Shown here in pieces: positions 27,088 through 32,000 of a stretch of 32,000 nucleotides of DNA. Position 1 is the first letter of the stretch. Every line of letters begins with the position of its first letter. Position numbers and translations under genes: made by a program. The notes below the pieces were generated by a model, which saw nothing but the letters and a program-made list of their open reading frames with translations, was not told the origin of the DNA and did no database searches. The DNA comes from Mycoplasmoides pneumoniae FH (GTDB lineage Bacteria; Bacillota_I; Bacilli_A; Mycoplasmatales; Mycoplasmoidaceae), in the NCBI RefSeq assembly GCF_001272835.1, contig NZ_CP010546.1:482809-514808 (forward strand), given 5' to 3'.

Positions 27088-30036
27088 TTAGTTCTGCTTA
27101 TCTTTACTAATGTACTGCTCTGCTTTTTCCAAAGAAACGGCAAACGTCTTGGTCACTCCCTTGGTCTGCATTGCCGCTCCCAGTAACATGTCACACTTCA
27201 TCATCGTGCCCTGACGGTGGGTAATAATTAAGAACTGGGTGTTGTTACTGGAATTGCCAATAATGTTAGCAAAGCGCTCCACGTTCGCCGGATCTAAGGC
27301 ACTCTCCGCTTCATCTAAAATTACTAGAGGAAAGGCACTAACTCTCAAAATACTAAAGAGGACCGACAAGGCCACGAGTGTTTTCTCCCCACCCGATAAC
27401 AACATTAAGTTAGCGACATTTTTGCCAGGCGGATTAGCAAACACTTCTATGCCTGACAACAAGACGTTATCAGTATCCGTGTAGCGAATTTGACACGAAC
27501 CACCGCCAAAGAGGTAGTTAAAGGTTTTAGGTAGTTCTGCATTAACTTTTTGGATGAGCTCGTCAAATTCCTTGCAGGCCAATTCATCAATTTCACCAAT
27601 CGCGGTTTGCAAATCCTTAATCGCCGTTTGCAGTGATTCATACTCACCGTTAATGTCATCAAAGCGCTTTTGCTTATCAGCAATTTCAGCAATCGACTCC
27701 AGGTTAATTGGACCCATTTCATCGAGTTGGCTCTGCATCCTGGCAATCTTGTTTTGCGCTTGCATGGTGGAGAGCTTAATTGGTTTGTTATAGTTAGCGA
27801 TCGCAAACTCCATCGTTAGTTTATACCCACCGTTAATCTTGTCGGTAATGTTGTGGATTGTGTTTTCAAAGCGGATTTTGCCTTCGCGTGCCAACACTAA
27901 CTGGGAGCGTTGTTCATCTAAAAGGGCACGGAGGTCAGCGGTTTTGGCTTCGGCTAGTTTAATCGATTTGGCCAGTGTTTCTTTCAATTCCTGGTTGAGC
28001 TTTAACTGTGAATTGAGTTCGTCACGTTCAGCCCAAGCACGGTTTAATGATTCAACCAATCTGGTTTCATCAAAGCTGTGCGGGGTTCCGTCAAAGCTTT
28101 CGTTGGTGAGCTGCTCATACTCAATCTTATAGCTCAAAATTGCCTTATTGGTGTGGTTAACACGTTCGTTAAACTTTTCCAGTAGGATTTCTTCGTACTT
28201 TAACTTTTTGTTGAGCTCGTTGAGTTTAGTCTCTAAGCTAGTGAGATTGGTACGTAGTTGCTTTTCGTTATGTTCTAGTTGGGTAATGTTAGCTTCACTA
28301 GAAGCTAACTTTTCCTGGAGGTTATACAAGCTTAAGTTGTCCTTGACATAACCACCCTGGATAATCCCTCCAGCGTACACCGTTTCCCCGTTGAGGGTGA
28401 CAACGCGGTACAGCTTATAGGTATAACTGGACAGTTTTAAAGCGGCTTGAAGGTCACTGGCAATAATTACTTGACCCAATAAAGCATTAACAATTGGTTG
28501 TAACCTTTCATCACAACTCACATGGTCACTACCAACACCCAAAAAGCCATCGAGTTGTTGCAAAATTTCCATGTGCTCGGGAACTATCTTAGTATCAAAG
28601 GCAATGTCGTCAATTGGTAAAAAGGTAACTTGACCAATCTGGTTAGTTAACAAAAAATCAATTGCCTTTAAAGCCGCCAAGTTGTTGTTAACAACCAGAT
28701 AACCAATTGATTTACCCAACGCCTTTAACAAGGCCTTTTCGTACTGCTTTTCAAACTTTAAAAAAGTGTTGAGCGTGTTTAAGAGACCGGTGAGGGCCTT
28801 GACATTTTTGACCAAAACATGGGCCGGATTCGTTTTGACCCACTCCTCGTTTTGCGCTTTTAAAAACTCTTGCTGCGCTTGTTGGTAGACTAACGCCGCA
28901 CTGTTTTGGTTAAGATTCAACTTTGTGGTGTCCAACTCAGTTTGGACGGTGCTCAACTCATTGGTTAACAGGGTAATTTCACTGGTTGTTTTGAGTACTT
29001 GCGCTTGTAAGCTTTCTAGTTGCGCTTGGTCTACCCGGATTAACTTTTTTAACGCCTGGATTTTGTGCTTTTCGTCCTTTTTGGACAACTCGTTTTTGAG
29101 CTGCACATCAATCACGGCCTTGCGTTGTTCCAACTCGTTAATCGTTTGGTAGACCGCTTGCAGTTCTTGTTGTAGTTTGATGGACTGTTCATCAGCATCA
29201 CGAAAGCGCTGGTTAAAGATGTTGAGCTGGTCTTCTAGCAGTTGTAACTGCGGTTCGTGTAGTTTAAAGTCCTGTTCGATGTAACCAATTTGGTGGTTAA
29301 AGCGGTCTAACTCACCCTGGGACTTGAGGTAATCTGCGACCAAGACACTCAGCTCCAGCTCCTTTAATTCTTCCTTAAGTTTGACAAAGCGCTGGGCCTT
29401 GTCCGCTTGAATGGTAAGCTTCTTTAAGTCCTTTTTGAGTTCATTTAAAACAATGCTGACCTGTTTGAGATTTTGCACGGTACGCGCTAATTGGTTGGTA
29501 ACCTCTTCTTTGCGCTTAGTGTACCGCCCAATCCCCGAAGCGTCCTCAAAGATCTTACGTCGCTCCTCTGGTTTGGCTTCCACAAATCACGACACACTGC
29601 CCTGGGAAATAATCCCCAACGAGCCTTTTTCCAAACCAATATCAGCAAAGATCCCACTAATTTCTTTTAGCGTTACTAACTCGCCGTTAATATAGTACTC
29701 ACTCTGACCACTACCACGATAGATCCGGCGCATCACCGAGATCTCTGGTCGGGGATCGTGCAGTAGTTTTTGGGAATTGTCAAAGGTCAGTTCCACTTCC
29801 GCTAGCTTACTAGCGGGCTTGTCCTTAGAACCAAAGAAGATCATATCATCACCGGACTTACTGCGCAAGTGCTTCATGCTGCGTTCCCCTAAGACCCACT
29901 TCAAAGCATCGACAACGTTGGACTTGCCAGAACCATTAGGACCGACTATACCGGTCATTGAGTGGGTAAAATTAATTGTTATTTCGTCAGCATATGACTT
30001 AAAACCATACGCACGAAACCGTTTGAGAAAAACCAT
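27088..30036 (-). CDS. smc: Chromosome segregation protein SMC (982 aa; P115-like)
   Basis: The N-terminal Walker A is ..GIVGPNGSGKSNVVDAL... Long coiled coils follow, with a hinge (..GYLVVNN..). The C-terminal signature is LSGGEKTLVALS and Walker B is LVILDEAESALD. Two fragments are joined by TGA 29587-29589. Confidence 0.95.
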
Positions 30037-30073
30037 TTAAATCAGGTTAGATTTTGCAATAGTGCATTACTAG

Positions 30074-30079
30074 ATTATA
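30074..30079 (-). promoter_or_regulatory. Consensus -10 TATAAT for the smc operon, bracketed by an inverted repeat ACTAG/CTAGT
   Basis: The minus strand reads ACTAG-TATAAT-CTAGT (forward 30069-30084), 37 nt upstream of ATG 30036. Confidence 0.35.
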
Positions 30080-30220
30080 CTAGTTGGCTTTAAGGAAAGG
30101 TTTAGCGCCCCTCAACTAGTTGCACCAACCACTTGTCTTTGGCAAACTAGTACTTGTAATACTTACTTACAATCTAACTATCATGAGCGGTTCAGTTAAA
30201 AAAATTAAGCTTAATTAAGT

Positions 30221-31093
30221 ATGACAAAGACAAGTAAAGCATCCGGGTTAAGCTGGTTTTTTTGTGATTTAGATGGCACTTTACTGCGTTACCAAAACAA
30301 CCAGCACTTAATTGAACCAACTACGAAGCGAGCAGTGGCACAGTTAGTGGAGAGTGGTGCCAACTTTGTTGTAGCTACTGGACGCAAACCGAGTGACGTG
30401 CGCAACATTTACAAGGAGTTGGGGATTGAACAAGCCAGTCCCTACTTAATTGCCAACAACGGCGCGGTAGTGTGGGATTTAAAGCGCAATAGCTACCTCA
30501 ACAAGCAAACCTTGTCTTTAAGTGACTTTGACTTAATTGACCACATTAACCAAACGTTAAACCAATTAAACCACGAGTATGGCTGCATTCTGTATGGCCT
30601 CAACGACCAGGTGTACTTTTATCATATCCACGCTCCTGACTCACAGGCCTTCAAACAGTACTTTGCTTTTTATGAAGGCGAATTTGTCCAAAACCAGTAT
30701 CTGGAAATAGATGGGCTCAAAACTGAATACAATCTAGTTAAAGCCATTTGGTTTTTTAAGGAAGTGCACCAGCAAAAGGCGGTGATTGCGCAACACTTTA
30801 CTAACCAAGAACGCTTGGTCATTACTTCAGCACACTCGTTTGAACTAGTACCGCTTAATGTATCAAAGGGTCATGCGATAAACCTAATTAAACAACAAGT
30901 AAAAATCACCGATAACCAGATTATGGTCCTCGGTGACTCTTACAATGACTTGCCAATGTTTCAACATGGTGTAGTTAAGGTAACTAATCACCTCGCACCC
31001 GACAACCTCAAACAACTAGCTACAAGGGTTTATGACCTACCAGCTTCACTGTTTGTGGGTCAAGCGTTGAACGACTACTTTAAGTTCGATTAA
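30221..31093 (+). CDS. Cof-type HAD-superfamily (IIB) phosphatase (290 aa)
   Basis: HAD motif I is FFCDLDGTLL, motif II is VVATGR, and motif IV is VLGDSYNDLPMF. No TGA. Confidence 0.88.
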   Translation: MTKTSKASGLSWFFCDLDGTLLRYQNNQHLIEPTTKRAVAQLVESGANFVVATGRKPSDVRNIYKELGIEQASPYLIANNGAVVWDLKRNSYLNKQTLSLSDFDLIDHINQTLNQLNHEYGCILYGLNDQVYFYHIHAPDSQAFKQYFAFYEGEFVQNQYLEIDGLKTEYNLVKAIWFFKEVHQQKAVIAQHFTNQERLVITSAHSFELVPLNVSKGHAINLIKQQVKITDNQIMVLGDSYNDLPMFQHGVVKVTNHLAPDNLKQLATRVYDLPASLFVGQALNDYFKFD

Positions 31094-31098
31094 CTTAT

Positions 31099-32000
31099 TT
31101 ATTTAAGTGTTTGCGCTGCGGTAATAATGCCCACGTTAAAGACATCACTGACACTGGCACCACGGGAAAGGTCGTTAAAAGGACGTGCTAGACCTAAAAC
31201 AATTGGACCAATTGCTTCATAACCACCTAAACGTTGCGCAATCTTGTATCCAATGTTACCAGCATCTAGGTTCGGGAACACATAGATGTTAGCTGATCCA
31301 TTCCAAGTCAAATTAGGGGCTTTTTGTTTGCGTACCTTTTCCACAAAAGCACTGTCAAACTGTAATTCACCACAAACATTAGCTTTGAGTTCGGGGTGTT
31401 TTTCCAAGAAGATTTGGGTCGCACTGACTACTTTGTCCACCGCTTCCCCTTTACCACTGCCCAGTGTTGAATAGCTCAAAAAGACCATCTTGAGTTCTGG
31501 TTCCCCCATACTTTGGGCAAACTTAAAGGTGTTTTCCGCTACAACTGCTAATTCTTGGGGTGAAGGGTAAACAGCAAAAGCACAGTCGGTAAAGTACAAG
31601 CGTTCCTCATTCTTTTCCATGATGAACACACTCGACACAAAGTTACCAGTACCTAACAGTTGTAAAGCAGGACGGAGAGTATCCTTCGTAGCGTATTCCT
31701 TACCACACACTTCCCCATCCACTTCGTTGAGTGCTACTAAAGTGGCTGCTAGGGAACTGGCATCACGGACAAACTTTTGTGCTTCACGCATTTCCATGCC
31801 CTTGTGCTTGCGCTTTTCATAAACGAAGTTAGCGTACTTTGTCAAGTCCATTTCCTCAATCACATAGTGCTTGATGGCGGTGTTAAAACCAGCTGGTACT
31901 TCACTGCGGGTGCGGAAGATCACCGCTGGGGTTAAAATACCCGCTTGCTGGAGCTGGTTAACTGCTTCCATTACGGTTGGCGATCAACCTTCAGGGAAAA
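31099..32000 (-). CDS. pta: Phosphate acetyltransferase (N-terminus outside window)
   Basis: The sequence contains ..DCAFAVYPSPQELA.., ..SYSTLGSGKGE.. and ..NIYVFPNLDAGNIGYKIAQRLGGYEAIGP..LSRGAS... The frame continues upstream of the track start through TGA 31984-31986 (..FPEGWSPTVMEAV..) to the window edge. Stop is TAA 31099-31101. Confidence 0.9.

Noticed and set aside
27239-29695. Series of plus-strand ORFs antisense to smc (27239.., 27554.., 27839.., 28148.., 28925.., 29411..)
   Set aside because: They are Ser/Leu-rich mirror translations of the Glu/Lys/Leu-rich SMC coiled coil. They have no starts with a promoter context. The same applies to the antisense ORFs in alaS, ftsY and pta.

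Overview
The window reads as a Mycoplasma (Mycoplasmoides) pneumoniae-type chromosome segment running from the 3' end of proS to pta, roughly the MPN402-MPN428 neighbourhood as I recall that genome. It must be translated with genetic code 4 (TGA = Trp). Nearly every break in the supplied six-frame track is a TGA. Once fragments are joined across TGA they form full-length proteins: AlaRS (900 aa), SMC (982 aa), FtsY, MnmA, GlpQ, an MFS permease, the p37/p29/p69 ABC transporter, two lipoproteins and a large GDSL/SGNH hydrolase. The window also encodes tRNA-Trp(UCA), the tRNA that decodes TGA.

Gene layout:
- Plus strand, 1-18792: proS tail; a four-ORF module of unknown function; the ACP gene, tRNA-Trp and a terminator; a lipoprotein; the RepMP block; and the p37/p29/p69 operon. 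The GDSL hydrolase gene is embedded here on the minus strand.
- Minus strand, 18793-30036: ruvX(yqgF), alaS, glpQ with its permease, then the smc-ftsY-ylxM-orf129-mnmA operon.
- After that come a plus-strand Cof-type HAD phosphatase and a minus-strand pta that runs off the window.

Positions 8150-15051 are a markedly GC-rich set of silent adhesin cassettes: RepMP2/3 (P1-like), RepMP4 (P1-like) and RepMP5 (ORF6/P40-P90-like). An AT-rich island carrying a DUF16 coiled-coil gene and a lipoprotein gene splits this set.

Most interesting observations:
1. The uncharacterised module at 563-2606 sits behind a complete TTGTCA-N18-TTAAAT promoter. That promoter resembles the mycoplasma sigma-20 recombination-regulon motif, and the first ORF looks like an ArpU/sigma-region-4 HTH protein.
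2. There is a frame break inside the second ORF of that module.
3. A single in-frame TAA sits 100 codons before the end of the GDSL hydrolase reading frame.
4. The 5' end of tRNA-Trp overlaps the ACP stop codon.
5. The RepMP cassette architecture has several unusual details, including a lipoprotein stop codon abutting RepMP2/3 in the same frame.

I saw no CRISPR array, rRNA gene or IS/transposase.
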